A stretch of 64,000 nucleotides of DNA, from assembly GCA_964574355.1 (NCBI GenBank), contig CAZNMD010000001.1, positions 26,180 to 90,179 of the forward strand. Direction: 5' to 3'. The notes under the pieces were generated by a model that made no database searches, was not told the DNA's origin, and worked only from the letters and a program-made list of their open reading frames with translations. Shown one piece after another: positions 28,135 through 38,255 of the stretch. Each line of letters begins with the position of its first letter. The first letter of the stretch is position 1. This DNA comes from an uncultured Candidatus Saccharibacteria bacterium (GTDB lineage Bacteria > Patescibacteriota > Minisyncoccia > Phycocordibacterales > DSPV01). The translations under genes and the position numbers were made by a program.

Positions 28135-29262
28135 ATGGCCGTGCAACAAAAAGCTGTCGATAAAATCCTTCTTGGAATAATTGGAATATTCATTGTTGTC
28201 GGTTCTGCCTTTTTCATATCAGCTTCTCTTGGATTATTAGCAAGAGAAGCAGGACCGAGCGTTTCACACCTTGCTGTTAAGCAGCTTGTTATTGGTCTTT
28301 GCTTGGGTAGCCTTATTTTGTATATCTTTTCTCGCGTCCCCGTGCTTTTTTGGCGCCGTAATGGTTTCTTTTTGTATATTGCAGGACTTCTAGCCTGCCT
28401 TTTAGTATTTATTCCAGGCCTTGGATTTGAATTTGGCGGAGCACGACGTTGGATTATACTTTTTGGAATCTCTATTCAACCAGCCGAACTACTCAAATTA
28501 GGGGCTGTTGCATACTATGCAGCACTTCTTACTGCGGTTGGAAAAGGAGTACGTGATTTTAGAACCGGCGTCCTTCCAATTTTTTTTGTATTACTTCCCA
28601 TCATTGGCGTGCTCTTTTTACATCCAGACCTAAGTACCCTCGCTGTCACCGTCGCGGCTTTGTTTGGAATGTATATAGCCGGAGGAGGAAAATTTTATCA
28701 CGCAACACTTATTGTTCTTTTTGTTGGACTTATTGGTATTGGAACAATACTCGTCAAACCATACGCCATGGAACGAGTCCAAACATTTCTACACCCAGAA
28801 GCTGACACGGCAGGATCAGGATATCAGATCAATCAATCTCTCACCGCGATTGGTGCCGGTAACTTTTTTGGAAGAGGATTTGGCCAAGGAATTCAAAAAT
28901 TTCGCTATCTACCAGAACCTGTTGGAGATTCCATTTTTGCTGTTATAGGCGAAGAATTTGGGTTTATTGGAACAGGAGGGCTCATTCTTCTTTACCTCGT
29001 TTTTACAGGGCGAGCCCTCACTATTGCCGCAAAAAGTCGCGATCGCTATGGTGGACTCCTCGTTGTTGGAATTGTTATACTAATAATTACTCAATCATTT
29101 TTTAACATGGCATCAATGCTTGGGCTTGTTCCTCTTTCTGGTATGCCACTTGTCTTTGTAAGCCAAGGAGGAACGGCGCTCGTAACGGCTTTAGCGAGCG
29201 TTGGTATAATATTGTCAGTCTCAAGAATAAAACCTCTATCCACTACTCAAACATCTCTATGA
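28135..29262 (+). CDS. ftsW: SEDS-family peptidoglycan glycosyltransferase FtsW
   Basis: Polytopic SEDS protein. Context mraY-ftsW-murG. Confidence 0.88.
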   Translation: MAVQQKAVDKILLGIIGIFIVVGSAFFISASLGLLAREAGPSVSHLAVKQLVIGLCLGSLILYIFSRVPVLFWRRNGFFLYIAGLLACLLVFIPGLGFEFGGARRWIILFGISIQPAELLKLGAVAYYAALLTAVGKGVRDFRTGVLPIFFVLLPIIGVLFLHPDLSTLAVTVAALFGMYIAGGGKFYHATLIVLFVGLIGIGTILVKPYAMERVQTFLHPEADTAGSGYQINQSLTAIGAGNFFGRGFGQGIQKFRYLPEPVGDSIFAVIGEEFGFIGTGGLILLYLVFTGRALTIAAKSRDRYGGLLVVGIVILIITQSFFNMASMLGLVPLSGMPLVFVSQGGTALVTALASVGIILSVSRIKPLSTTQTSL

Positions 29263-30383
29263 AAATTGTCATGACAGGAGGGGGAAGTGGCGGCCACTTA
29301 TATCCCATTCTCGCTATCGCAGACGCAATCGAAGAAATCGTAAAAAAAGAACACCTTGTTGAGCCAAAAGTTTGGTTTGTATCTTCTGAAAGTTACGACA
29401 AAGGACTTCTGTATCAGCATGGATTACGCGGAAAAGTAATTCAAACAGGGAAGCGCAGACTGTATCGTTCGTCCAAAAACTTTTTTGATATTTTCAAAAC
29501 GGGCCATGCTATTATTCGAGCCCTTTTTTTCCTTTTTAGAACTTACCCCGACGTCGTTTTTGGAAAAGGTGGATATGCAAGTTTTCCCTCCCTTTTTGCG
29601 GCTCGCCTCCTTAGAATTCCGGTCGTTGTTCATGAATCAGACACAGTACCAGGACGAGTAAACTTGTGGGCAGGCAAATTTGCTAAACGAATTGCAGTTT
29701 CTTACCCCGAAGCAGCAAAATATTTTCCGGAAGATAGGGTGGCCTGGACAGGGAATCCTATTCGAAAAAGCATCATTACTCCGATAAAAGATGGCGCGGC
29801 TGCATTTTTAAATCTTGAATCAGATATACCCACCGTCTTTATTGTGGGAGGTTCACTTGGTTCACAAAAAATTAACGAGGTTATTTTAGACACACTTGTT
29901 TCCATTCTTCCACAGTGCCAAATTATTCACCAAACGGGCAAAGAAAACTTTGCAGAAATTACCCGCTTAGCCGAAGTTGTTTTAGAAAACAACGAACACA
30001 AAAGTCGTTACCATCCTTTTGCTTATCTCGATGATCAAGCCCTGCAACTTATAGCTGGAAACGCAACGCTGGCCATAACTCGGGCCGGTTCAACTCTTTT
30101 TGAAATAGCCACCTGGGGAATTCCCTCTGTTGTTATTCCTATTACTGAATCAAACGGTAATCATCAGAAAAAAAATGCTTTTGCTTATGCACGAACAGGG
30201 GCTGCTGTTGTCATAGAAGAAGCAAACCTTGCACCCCATGTTCTCTCAAGTGAAATACTACGCCTCCTCAAAGATGAAGTTTTGCGACATAAAATGCGTG
30301 ATGCTGCGAAATCGTTTGCCCGTCTCGATGCCGCAGAGCTTATCGCACGAGAACTTATTGACGTTTGTCTTAAACATGAATAA
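29259..30383 (+). CDS. murG: Undecaprenyl-PP-MurNAc-pentapeptide-UDP-GlcNAc GlcNAc transferase MurG
   Basis: N-terminal TGGGSGGHLYPILAIAD and GT28 architecture. 4-nt overlap with ftsW. Confidence 0.93.
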   Translation: MKIVMTGGGSGGHLYPILAIADAIEEIVKKEHLVEPKVWFVSSESYDKGLLYQHGLRGKVIQTGKRRLYRSSKNFFDIFKTGHAIIRALFFLFRTYPDVVFGKGGYASFPSLFAARLLRIPVVVHESDTVPGRVNLWAGKFAKRIAVSYPEAAKYFPEDRVAWTGNPIRKSIITPIKDGAAAFLNLESDIPTVFIVGGSLGSQKINEVILDTLVSILPQCQIIHQTGKENFAEITRLAEVVLENNEHKSRYHPFAYLDDQALQLIAGNATLAITRAGSTLFEIATWGIPSVVIPITESNGNHQKKNAFAYARTGAAVVIEEANLAPHVLSSEILRLLKDEVLRHKMRDAAKSFARLDAAELIARELIDVCLKHE

Positions 30384-30386
30384 GTA

Positions 30387-31751
30387 ATGACTGCTTCAAA
30401 AAATAAAATCGTTGTCCGTATACCACCGTCACCTACAGGAAACCTGCATGTTGGAACAGCTCGAACAGCTCTTTACAACTACTTGTTTGCAAAAAAACAA
30501 GGAGGACTCATTCATTTGAGAATGGAAGATACGGATAAAGAACGATCGAAGTTAGAATTTGAAAAAAATATTATCGAAGGATTAGAATGGCTTGGTATAG
30601 AACCAACAAACAAAACGCCCGTTCGACAATCAGAACGAGGGGAACTCTATAAAAAAATACTACAACAGCTTATTTCGGAAAAAAAAGCCTACATATCAAA
30701 AGAAGCTCCCAAAAATGAAGGTGACCGATCTGAGGTAATCCGTTTCAAGAATCCAAACAGCACAATTACTTTTACCGATTTAATTCGCGGCGACATTTCT
30801 TTTAACACAACAGAGCTCGGAGATTTTGTTATCGCCAAAAGCATAGATGAGCCGCTCTACCACCTTGCGGTTGTGGCGGATGATATCGATATGGGAGTAA
30901 CTCATGTTATTCGAGGAGAAGACCATATCAGTAACACCCCAAGACAAATTCTTCTTATTGAAGCCTTGGGCGCGCCACGACCATCGTATGCCCATATCCC
31001 ACTTATTCTTGCGGCAGACCGTTCAAAAATGAGTAAACGCCATGGAGCTACGGCTGTAACCAGTTATCGTGACGCTGGTTATCTTCCAGAAGCTCTTATT
31101 AACTTTCTTGCCCTTTTAGGATGGAACCCTGGAACAGAGCAGGAGCTTTTCTCTTTGGAAGAGCTTATTCAAGCATTTGATTTATCAAAAGTTCAAAAGG
31201 GTGGGGCAATCTTCAATAACGAAAAACTCAACTGGTTCAATCGTGAATATATTAAAAAACTATCACCAGAAAAACGGCAAACGCTCATTAAAGAAGCTCT
31301 TAAGGCGGGAATAAAAAAAGAAGTCTCCATTGATGATGAGATGCTGCATCGTTCTGATGCGGTTATTACTGAACGTATCGCAACTTTTGGAGAAATAACG
31401 GAACAGGCAAAAATAGGAGCTTACGATTATTTATTTGAAAGTCCTTCCTTGGTACGTGATAAAATGCTCTTTAAGGGCGAAGGCGATTTTGCCCTAACCG
31501 CAACACACCTTGAAACAGCAATAAAACTCCTTGAGGAAATCTCAACGGAAAACCCTAACGCAGAAGAGGTAAAAGCTGTTCTTATGCCGTACGCGGAAAA
31601 AGAAGGTAAGGGAAGTGTTCTTTGGCCAATTCGTTATTCATTAACAGGCCTTGACCGCTCACCAGATCCTTTTACGGTGATTGCTCTTTTAGGTAAAACA
31701 AAATCAATCAATCGTCTCACGCTGGCAGCACAAATCGCCCTGCCAAAATAA
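30387..31751 (+). CDS. gltX: Glutamate--tRNA ligase
   Basis: HIGH region PTGNLHVGTA, KMSKR, and GluRS-type anticodon-binding C-terminus. Confidence 0.93.
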   Translation: MTASKNKIVVRIPPSPTGNLHVGTARTALYNYLFAKKQGGLIHLRMEDTDKERSKLEFEKNIIEGLEWLGIEPTNKTPVRQSERGELYKKILQQLISEKKAYISKEAPKNEGDRSEVIRFKNPNSTITFTDLIRGDISFNTTELGDFVIAKSIDEPLYHLAVVADDIDMGVTHVIRGEDHISNTPRQILLIEALGAPRPSYAHIPLILAADRSKMSKRHGATAVTSYRDAGYLPEALINFLALLGWNPGTEQELFSLEELIQAFDLSKVQKGGAIFNNEKLNWFNREYIKKLSPEKRQTLIKEALKAGIKKEVSIDDEMLHRSDAVITERIATFGEITEQAKIGAYDYLFESPSLVRDKMLFKGEGDFALTATHLETAIKLLEEISTENPNAEEVKAVLMPYAEKEGKGSVLWPIRYSLTGLDRSPDPFTVIALLGKTKSINRLTLAAQIALPK

Positions 31752-31760
31752 AAAGAAGGG

Positions 31761-33074
31761 GTGTTCCACATACCACAAAAAAAGATACATACTTTAGGTA
31801 TTGTCGCATCTATTATTGCGAGTGTTTTTTCTTTTACAACTTATGTAGTTGCACAAACAACTTCCGCCTCAGACCCAACAGCCCTCAACGAAAAAATTGA
31901 ATCAAGAAGAAAAGACATTGAAGCACTTGAAAAAGAAATAGAGCAAGATCGAGCTGAACTTTCAAAGCTTGGTGGTCAAAAAAACTCTCTCGCAAATGAA
32001 ATTAAGGTTCTCGACCTTACTCGAACAAAACTACAAAAAGAAATTTCGGTAACAACCAATAAAATATCTATTACTGACTCCGAACTTATTGGATTAGGTG
32101 ACAGCATAGCTGAAAAAGAAACTCGACGAATAAAAACCGTAGCCTCCTTGGCTCAAACAGTGAGATCATTACGAGAAACAGATGATTTATCTCTTGTTGA
32201 AACTCTCCTTTCAAGTAAGACACTTTCAGAAATTTGGGAAGACGTTGATATGATTAACTCTCTTCAAACAGCGCTTTCATCTAACCTTTCTTCGGTTATC
32301 GCCATAAAAGCAGACCTTGAGATAAAAAAAACTGAGACTGAGGGTAAACGCAAAGAATTAGCTTCTTATCACAGAACACTTGCTGATCAAAAATCAGTCG
32401 TCGACTATACAACTCGACAAAAAAATACCCTACTCGGAAGTGTAAAAAGCAAAGAATCAGAGTATCAAAAGCTAGTAGCGGCCAAGCTTGCAAAAAAACA
32501 AGCATTCGAAAAAGAATTGCTCGATATTGAAGCTGAATTACGCTACATTACCGATCCTTCGATGATACCTCCTGCACAGCCTGGGATGTTACGCTGGCCA
32601 CTTGCTTCAATAAAAGTCACTCAACAGTTTGGTGACACAGATTTTTCTCGAGCTAACCCAGGTGTATACAGCGGTAAAGGACACAACGGAGCTGATTTTG
32701 GTGCACCAATCGGAACTCCTATCCTTGCGGCACAATCAGGGGTTATTGAAGGTGTTGGCGACACCGACAAAACCTGCCCTGGGGCTTCGTACGGAAAGTG
32801 GATTCTTATTCGACACAAAAATGGCCTCTCAACGCTCTATGCTCACCTTTCAGTAATTCGAGCAGAAGAAGGACAATCAGTTGAAGCAGGGCAGACTATT
32901 GGATATGTTGGTCTTACCGGCTATACAACTGGTCCCCATTTACACTTTACGGTTTATGCAACAGCTGGTGTTAAGATTGTAGACAGAAAAAGTGCCGTAT
33001 GTGGTGGCACCTATCACATGCCCATAGCTGATTTACGCGCCTACTTAAATCCACTTCTTTATTTACCCTCTTAA
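31761..33074 (+). CDS. Coiled-coil M23 (LytM) metallopeptidase, EnvC-like
   Basis: Signal/TM, long coiled-coil, and C-terminal M23 motifs (GHNGADFGAPIGTPI…HLHF). Start codon is uncertain (GTG 31761 abuts the RBS). Confidence 0.85.
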   Translation: MFHIPQKKIHTLGIVASIIASVFSFTTYVVAQTTSASDPTALNEKIESRRKDIEALEKEIEQDRAELSKLGGQKNSLANEIKVLDLTRTKLQKEISVTTNKISITDSELIGLGDSIAEKETRRIKTVASLAQTVRSLRETDDLSLVETLLSSKTLSEIWEDVDMINSLQTALSSNLSSVIAIKADLEIKKTETEGKRKELASYHRTLADQKSVVDYTTRQKNTLLGSVKSKESEYQKLVAAKLAKKQAFEKELLDIEAELRYITDPSMIPPAQPGMLRWPLASIKVTQQFGDTDFSRANPGVYSGKGHNGADFGAPIGTPILAAQSGVIEGVGDTDKTCPGASYGKWILIRHKNGLSTLYAHLSVIRAEEGQSVEAGQTIGYVGLTGYTTGPHLHFTVYATAGVKIVDRKSAVCGGTYHMPIADLRAYLNPLLYLPS

Positions 33075-33112
33075 GAACCTCCTTTACTTGCAAAAGTAAA
33101 GTAATTAACCTC

Positions 33113-33418
33113 ATGCATCACACAACAACAGACAAGGGCGGTTTTATAAAAATGCTTATTCTTATAGTTATCGCCGTTGGTACACTTTGGTACTTCAAAA
33201 TCGACGTTCGCGGTTTAAGTGGCATAGAACCAGAGTCTCGTTACAAATATGTTTGGCGAGCCAAAATTGATTACTATTGGTACAGCTTTTATGTATGGTA
33301 TGACTCACAAACCACATCCAGTAAGCCAATTGGCTGGATTCAAAATAAAGTAAACTCATTGATCAGGGAGGATAAAATAAATACTCCCACATCCACCAGT
33401 ACTCAAAGTCTCCTTTAA
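33113..33418 (+). CDS. Hypothetical small membrane protein
   Basis: One TM (MLILIVIAVGTLWYF) and a Trp/Tyr-rich tail. No homolog recognised. Confidence 0.4.
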   Translation: MHHTTTDKGGFIKMLILIVIAVGTLWYFKIDVRGLSGIEPESRYKYVWRAKIDYYWYSFYVWYDSQTTSSKPIGWIQNKVNSLIREDKINTPTSTSTQSLL

Positions 33419-33696
33419 ACAACATCGGCTTACTGAAACCTGAACCAACCACATTAAGATACCAAACCTTTTCTGTGCGGTATCAGAACTTTTTTACTCT
33501 TGGTCTATGTCGTAAAAGATATATTGTGCGACACGTATACAAGAAAGAACGCTCGCAAAGACTTATCCTTCAAAATGTGAAACTTCTCTACCCTCATGAC
33601 TATGCTGGCTAAAAGACTTCAGACTACACATTTAGAATACAAAGATATTTTCATATCTCTTCTCTTTTAAAAAATGATATTCTTCGTTCCAATCGC

Positions 33697-33738
33697 AAAA
33701 ACAAAAAATCTCCCGGAAAGGGAGATTTTTTGTTTTTG
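33697..33738. terminator. Bidirectional terminator (TCTCCC-ggaaa-GGGAGA flanked by A/T runs)
   Basis: AAAAAATCTCCCGGAAAGGGAGATTTTTTGTTTTT. Confidence 0.8.
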
Positions 33739-33741
33739 GAG

Positions 33742-34278
33742 TTATGAATTTGCAGCATCCCAACAAGCTGATGATGCATTCCAAGGTTTTACTCCCTGTT
33801 TTTCAAAAAGATATCGCGCATAAGCCATATTGCCGCGAAGCGTGTAAATGTCGTACCCGAGATCTTTTGCCTGCTTACCGTGGTAGCGCTCATTGATCTG
33901 CATAATACCAACATCTTTCGAATCAACTTTTCCTCGAAGCACTGAACCGTTTGTATCATTGTGCTTGAATGTTGACTCACAAAACGCAATACGAGCTAAA
34001 ACGGGCTGATGTTCGAAAAAAGCTTGAACGTACTCTCGACGGTCTTCTATAGGAAGCGTCGCATCAAGTGTCTCAATTGATAATAGATCAACCCCTCCTT
34101 TTTCTTTTTGTGAAGTATCTCCCTCAACATCTGTGACAGAGAAATTTGATAACTCTCTCACTTCAACAACTTGATTCGTCGCATCAACAAGCATAAGAGG
34201 TGTTGGATAAGACGTTGTTGATTGGGCAGATGTTGCCACAAACATAATGCCTATAAACAATTCTTTTACTATATTCAT
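33742..34278 (-). CDS. Secreted lysozyme-like / lytic transglycosylase (SLT-type) domain protein
   Basis: Signal peptide, then AFCESTFKHNDTNGS…DVGIMQIN, which resembles the catalytic E-S…GLMQI core of SLT domains. Confidence 0.6.
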   Translation of the reverse strand: MNIVKELFIGIMFVATSAQSTTSYPTPLMLVDATNQVVEVRELSNFSVTDVEGDTSQKEKGGVDLLSIETLDATLPIEDRREYVQAFFEHQPVLARIAFCESTFKHNDTNGSVLRGKVDSKDVGIMQINERYHGKQAKDLGYDIYTLRGNMAYARYLFEKQGVKPWNASSACWDAANS

Positions 34279-34413
34279 ATATTTTTGTTTTGAGGTGTCC
34301 TAAATAACAGACCTGCCACAAATTAAAAATCAGAGTCGTTCGGCTCTGATACCCTACTATGTTAGCATAAAGAATATACCCTGTCAATAGTCTAAAACAT
34401 AAAAACAACAAAA

Positions 34414-34442
34414 TAACGGCTTAGTTTAGCCGTTTAAACAGA
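34414..34442 (-). terminator. Rho-independent terminator downstream of 34462-35208 (AACGGCT-N6-AGCCGTT + U-run on minus strand)
   Basis: 7-bp stem. The minus strand follows it with ATTTTGTTGTTTTT. Confidence 0.5.
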
Positions 34443-34461
34443 ATCCCTAATAGGCCACATT

Positions 34462-35208
34462 TTAACGATTTTCGCTACTTTCGATGTACCGAACCTCAAA
34501 TTTGGTTTTTTCTCCTGCCTCTGCTGAAACAATTGCATCTTTTAGGTTTACACTCGCTTTACTGCCAGGCAAAACACGTACTTCATACTCACCAGAAGGT
34601 ACTACTACCTCAAAAGAGCCGTTTTCATTAGACTCAACAACTCTTTCAACTTTACCGTTTTTAAATAGAGCAAATTTTGTCTGATAAGGTCGCGGTGGAC
34701 ACTTTTGACGTTCCGTAGTGCTCCCTACACTGCTCTCATCACACGCTTCATCCAAAAGAACGATCCCGTACAAAGTAGACGTTTGAGTCACCCTTTCTCC
34801 ATTTGAAATCTTTTTTTCTACAAGAATCTCTTGCTTGCCTATCTCTTTAAAGCCGAACACGTCAGTTACAGTAGCAAGAGCTATAATTCCAAGACTTAAC
34901 GTTGTGTACAAAATAACCACCACCGTCCGATTTCCTCTTCGTAAAGGAATAATCCGATCGCCATATACCTGATCCCAGGTCTTAAGTCCTTGTACAACTC
35001 CAACAATCAAACCTACCGCAACAAGAGCAAGATACACATAATTAAAAGGGTCTTGTTTACCAAAAGCATATCCAAGGGTTGTAGAAATATCGTCAATCGA
35101 CTGAAAATCGAGCATGGTAAGGTATGCAAATTCTGTTGACCAGGCAACAATAGCACCTATCACCAAACCCAACGCAGCAAACAATACTACATAAAAAGGC
35201 CTCTTCAT
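34462..35208 (-). CDS. Hypothetical membrane protein with C-terminal beta-rich (carboxypeptidase-regulatory/Ig-like?) domain
   Basis: Three N-terminal TMs. The C-terminus …NGSFEVVVPSGEYEVRVLPG… resembles a CarboxypepD_reg-like fold (tentative). Confidence 0.55.
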   Translation of the reverse strand: MKRPFYVVLFAALGLVIGAIVAWSTEFAYLTMLDFQSIDDISTTLGYAFGKQDPFNYVYLALVAVGLIVGVVQGLKTWDQVYGDRIIPLRRGNRTVVVILYTTLSLGIIALATVTDVFGFKEIGKQEILVEKKISNGERVTQTSTLYGIVLLDEACDESSVGSTTERQKCPPRPYQTKFALFKNGKVERVVESNENGSFEVVVPSGEYEVRVLPGSKASVNLKDAIVSAEAGEKTKFEVRYIESSENR

Positions 35209-35275
35209 GTAAGAATTTTAACATGACATCGGTTTAGTTCCGATATCCTTTTATCTGTGTTTTCTCAAAAAAATA

Positions 35276-35707
35276 CTATTTTGTTCCCTTGCAAGCGGTT
35301 GATGGTTTATACCCCTGCCGAACAGCGGCTTCAGACGAAGCAAAACGAACAAGATTCTCTGGCTTAATGCGACTTACAGCCGAACACCATGGTAAGTAGT
35401 ACACCGTTCCATTTTTACTCGCGACTACCTCTCCTTCACCTTCTATAGAAGCCGTAGTTGTTGTCTCAATTGCTATAGGTATAAAACTATCAGCGACCTT
35501 GGCAACATATGACCCATTCTGAAGATAAGGACCGACAATTTGGACCTTATCAGAGCTTTCACGAGAAAGAGAAAGTCGCCCAAGAGAAAATGAGGTTATT
35601 CCAACAAAAATAAGAACTAACGGTATGTAAAAATGGGGTAAATACCTCCAAACACGGCCAAGAAGGGCCCTTCCCTTGCTTTCTTTCAATTCATCAGGTA
35701 TACTCAT
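35276..35707 (-). CDS. Hypothetical membrane-anchored protein; C-terminus with Ada-like metal-binding-domain-type motif
   Basis: One TM. The C-terminus GTVYYLPWCS…ENLVRFASSEAAVRQGYKP…C resembles the Y-H/Y-x-P-x-C…ENV-F-S-AEA-GY-P-C pattern (tentative). Confidence 0.5.
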   Translation of the reverse strand: MSIPDELKESKGRALLGRVWRYLPHFYIPLVLIFVGITSFSLGRLSLSRESSDKVQIVGPYLQNGSYVAKVADSFIPIAIETTTTASIEGEGEVVASKNGTVYYLPWCSAVSRIKPENLVRFASSEAAVRQGYKPSTACKGTK

Positions 35708-35738
35708 TCAACTTTGATTATAGCAAACACGACTAACC

Positions 35739-36125
35739 ATGGCATCAACTAAATCCGGCGGAACAGCAAGTAACCTAAACGACTCCAACCCAAAGTACCT
35801 CGGGGTGAAGCTTTATGATGGTGAAAAGGCTCAAATTGGCTCAATTATTGTTCGTCAACGTGGAACGAAAATCCTCGCAGGAAAAAACGTTGGCACAGGC
35901 AAGGATCACACCCTCTTCGCTTCAGCGACAGGCACGGTTTCTTTTGGAACTAAACGAAGTATGCGCTTTAACAACAGACAAGTTATTAAACGAACAGTGA
36001 GCGTCATTCCGTCCGAAGGAACACCTACCTCAAAGAAACCAAAAGAAAAGAAAATTACCCCAAAAGAGACGATCAAAGTTGAAGCACCAAAAACCCCGAA
36101 GAAAAAAGCAGCTGGTACCAAATAA
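35739..36125 (+). CDS. rpmA: 50S ribosomal protein bL27 with Lys/Pro-rich C-terminal extension
   Basis: [28 protein letters not shown] matches the bL27 core, and about 45 extra basic residues follow. Confidence 0.93.
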   Translation: MASTKSGGTASNLNDSNPKYLGVKLYDGEKAQIGSIIVRQRGTKILAGKNVGTGKDHTLFASATGTVSFGTKRSMRFNNRQVIKRTVSVIPSEGTPTSKKPKEKKITPKETIKVEAPKTPKKKAAGTK

Positions 36126-36160
36126 CAAAAAAGCTCCACACGGTGGAGCTTTTTTGTTAT
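36126..36160. terminator. Bidirectional terminator (AGCTCCAC-acgg-GTGGAGCT + T6)
   Basis: AAAAAAGCTCCACACGGTGGAGCTTTTTT. Confidence 0.85.
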
Positions 36161-36348
36161 TGATTCTTTTGTTTCTTTTGGGGCAAAATTGCGTCCAATT
36201 CTTCAAGGGTCACATCAGCCCCAACTATTGCGATTGAAAAACCTTCATCCGAAAGCATGCCGGCTACCACATGCTCGGGCGGCTGCTCTTTATTTTTTCT
36301 ATCTTTTTGATCCATTACAATCAACACCTAACTAGCCAACCTACCTAA

Positions 36349-36798
36349 TTATTTACTCTCAGCAACGATAGTTACGGTAATAGCACCTTTTTTATCTCCT
36401 ACCTGAATATGAACACGCTCACTACCAACCTTCTTAAGGGCCGCTTCAAGCTTGATATGTCGTGGCTCAAAAGAAACCTTATATTTATCCAAAATTGCCT
36501 TAGCAATATCTACCTCATGAACAGCAGCAAACAGATGTCCTTGTTCATTAACCGCACGAGAAATGATAACCTCTTCGCCATTTACCTTCCCCACTTCAGC
36601 AGCAATTAATGACTCAATAGCCGCTCGCTTTGCCTCTTCTTCTGTTTTTATCTTGGTAAGACGACGAAGGGCCGCTGGAGTAGCTGTCTCAGCCTTACCC
36701 TGTGGAATAAGCGCATTCGCAGCGTAGCCGTCAGCTACGTCTTTTACCTCATACTTGCGTCCAACCTTTGCAATATCGTGCAATAAAATGACTTTCAT
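36349..36798 (-). CDS. rplI: 50S ribosomal protein bL9
   Basis: MKVILLHDIAKVGRKYEVKDVADGYAANALIPQGKA matches the bL9 N-domain. Confidence 0.93.
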   Translation of the reverse strand: MKVILLHDIAKVGRKYEVKDVADGYAANALIPQGKAETATPAALRRLTKIKTEEEAKRAAIESLIAAEVGKVNGEEVIISRAVNEQGHLFAAVHEVDIAKAILDKYKVSFEPRHIKLEAALKKVGSERVHIQVGDKKGAITVTIVAESK

Positions 36799-36883
36799 GC
36801 AGTTAAATCGTTATATGTGATTATGTGTTGTGCTATCGTAACCCGTTTTTAGCTTATCTGCAATATGCCAAACAGAAAGGTGA

Positions 36884-38176
36884 TTAACGAGCTTTTGTTG
36901 TTGTTGCGGAAGACATACTAGGTTTTTTCCCTGTTTTAAGAAACTCTGCTGCAGCCTCAAGTTGAGTATCTTTTTTTGCCTCAAGATCTTCTTTCGTTAT
37001 TGTAATCTGAATATCAGGGACAATACCATTCTTACTAATTGAAACCCCACTTGGTGTAAGCCAACGAGCAATAGTTACCTTAAGTGCGGTGTCTTCCGTA
37101 ATAGGAACAAGCTCCTGAACTGAACCTTTTCCAAAAGAGGTTTTACCAACCAAGGTTGCTCTCTTATGATCACGAAGTGCTCCTGCAAAAATTTCTGACG
37201 CAGAAGCTGAACCCTCATCAATCATGACAACAATTTTTATATCATTACCAAAGACATTATATCCACGACTTCGATATACCTCCGATCCTTCATGAGCACC
37301 TCGATCCTCAGAAACAATCAACTCACCTTGCGGCAAAAACCAACTAGCCATATCAACAGCAGCTTCAAGATATCCCCCCGGATTAGATCGAAGATCAATA
37401 ATTAAATTTTTATTCTCAGAAACAACGAATTCTCGGAGGGCTTCACGAAATTGATTTACCACAACTCCAGAAAAACTATGCACTCGGATAACAAAAACTC
37501 CATCTTTGCGAGCAATAGTTTCAACCGTTGGAACGGTTATCACGTCACGCACAATAGAAACTTCAAAAGGATCACTGGTTCCTGCCCGAAACAAAAGCAA
37601 ACGGACCGTTGTTCCTTTTGTTCCTCGAATCTTTTTAACAGCGTCATCAACACCCATCCCAGTTGTAAGAATGTCATCAATTTTCAAAATCTTATCACCA
37701 GGTTTTATACCTGCTCGCTCAGCCGGATTTCCTTTCAAAGGAGCGACGACCGTTAACACTTCTTCCTTAATTCCAATTTCCATTCCAACTCCTTCAAACT
37801 GTCCACTAACCTCTTCATCAAATTCTTTCTTTTCTACGGGTGGAAAAAATTGAGTATAAGGATCACCAAGAGATGCCGCCAATCCAGCTATTGCACCATA
37901 CACCTTCGTTTGATCGTCGGTTGTTGTCGAACTAACGAAACGATCATTAATAACATTCCAAGCTTTCCAAAATGAGCCAAAATCAATATCACTTGACCCA
38001 ACAAGAGGTTCTTTATTAGCAAGACCGATAACCTTATCAACCTCTCTTGCGGCTGATTCTGCCCCAAAGTAATACCCAAGAGCCCCAACAGAGAGAAGTG
38101 AAAAAACAAAAATGAGAGTAAACGGCAAGGTGCGCCCGAATGAAATCGAGCGGATTTTTTTTCTTATTTCAATCAT
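36884..38176 (-). CDS. Carboxyl-terminal processing protease (S41, PDZ-containing)
   Basis: PDZ domain (GIKPGDKILKIDD) and S41 catalytic region (IIDLRSNPGGYL…GKTSFGKGSVQ). Confidence 0.9.
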   Translation of the reverse strand: MIEIRKKIRSISFGRTLPFTLIFVFSLLSVGALGYYFGAESAAREVDKVIGLANKEPLVGSSDIDFGSFWKAWNVINDRFVSSTTTDDQTKVYGAIAGLAASLGDPYTQFFPPVEKKEFDEEVSGQFEGVGMEIGIKEEVLTVVAPLKGNPAERAGIKPGDKILKIDDILTTGMGVDDAVKKIRGTKGTTVRLLLFRAGTSDPFEVSIVRDVITVPTVETIARKDGVFVIRVHSFSGVVVNQFREALREFVVSENKNLIIDLRSNPGGYLEAAVDMASWFLPQGELIVSEDRGAHEGSEVYRSRGYNVFGNDIKIVVMIDEGSASASEIFAGALRDHKRATLVGKTSFGKGSVQELVPITEDTALKVTIARWLTPSGVSISKNGIVPDIQITITKEDLEAKKDTQLEAAAEFLKTGKKPSMSSATTTKAR

Positions 38177-38243
38177 GTATGGGCATTATCTCAGGTTTTA
38201 AACAAAGCAGTCAACCATATCGCTAAACAAGAGATACGCGTGT

Positions 38244-38249
38244 TATAAT
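38244..38249 (+). promoter_or_regulatory. Extended -10 (TGtTATAAT) only 6 nt upstream of the corA ATG (leaderless candidate)
   Basis: TGTTATAAT at 38241-38249, ATG at 38256. Confidence 0.4.
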
Positions 38250-38255
38250 TTTTTC

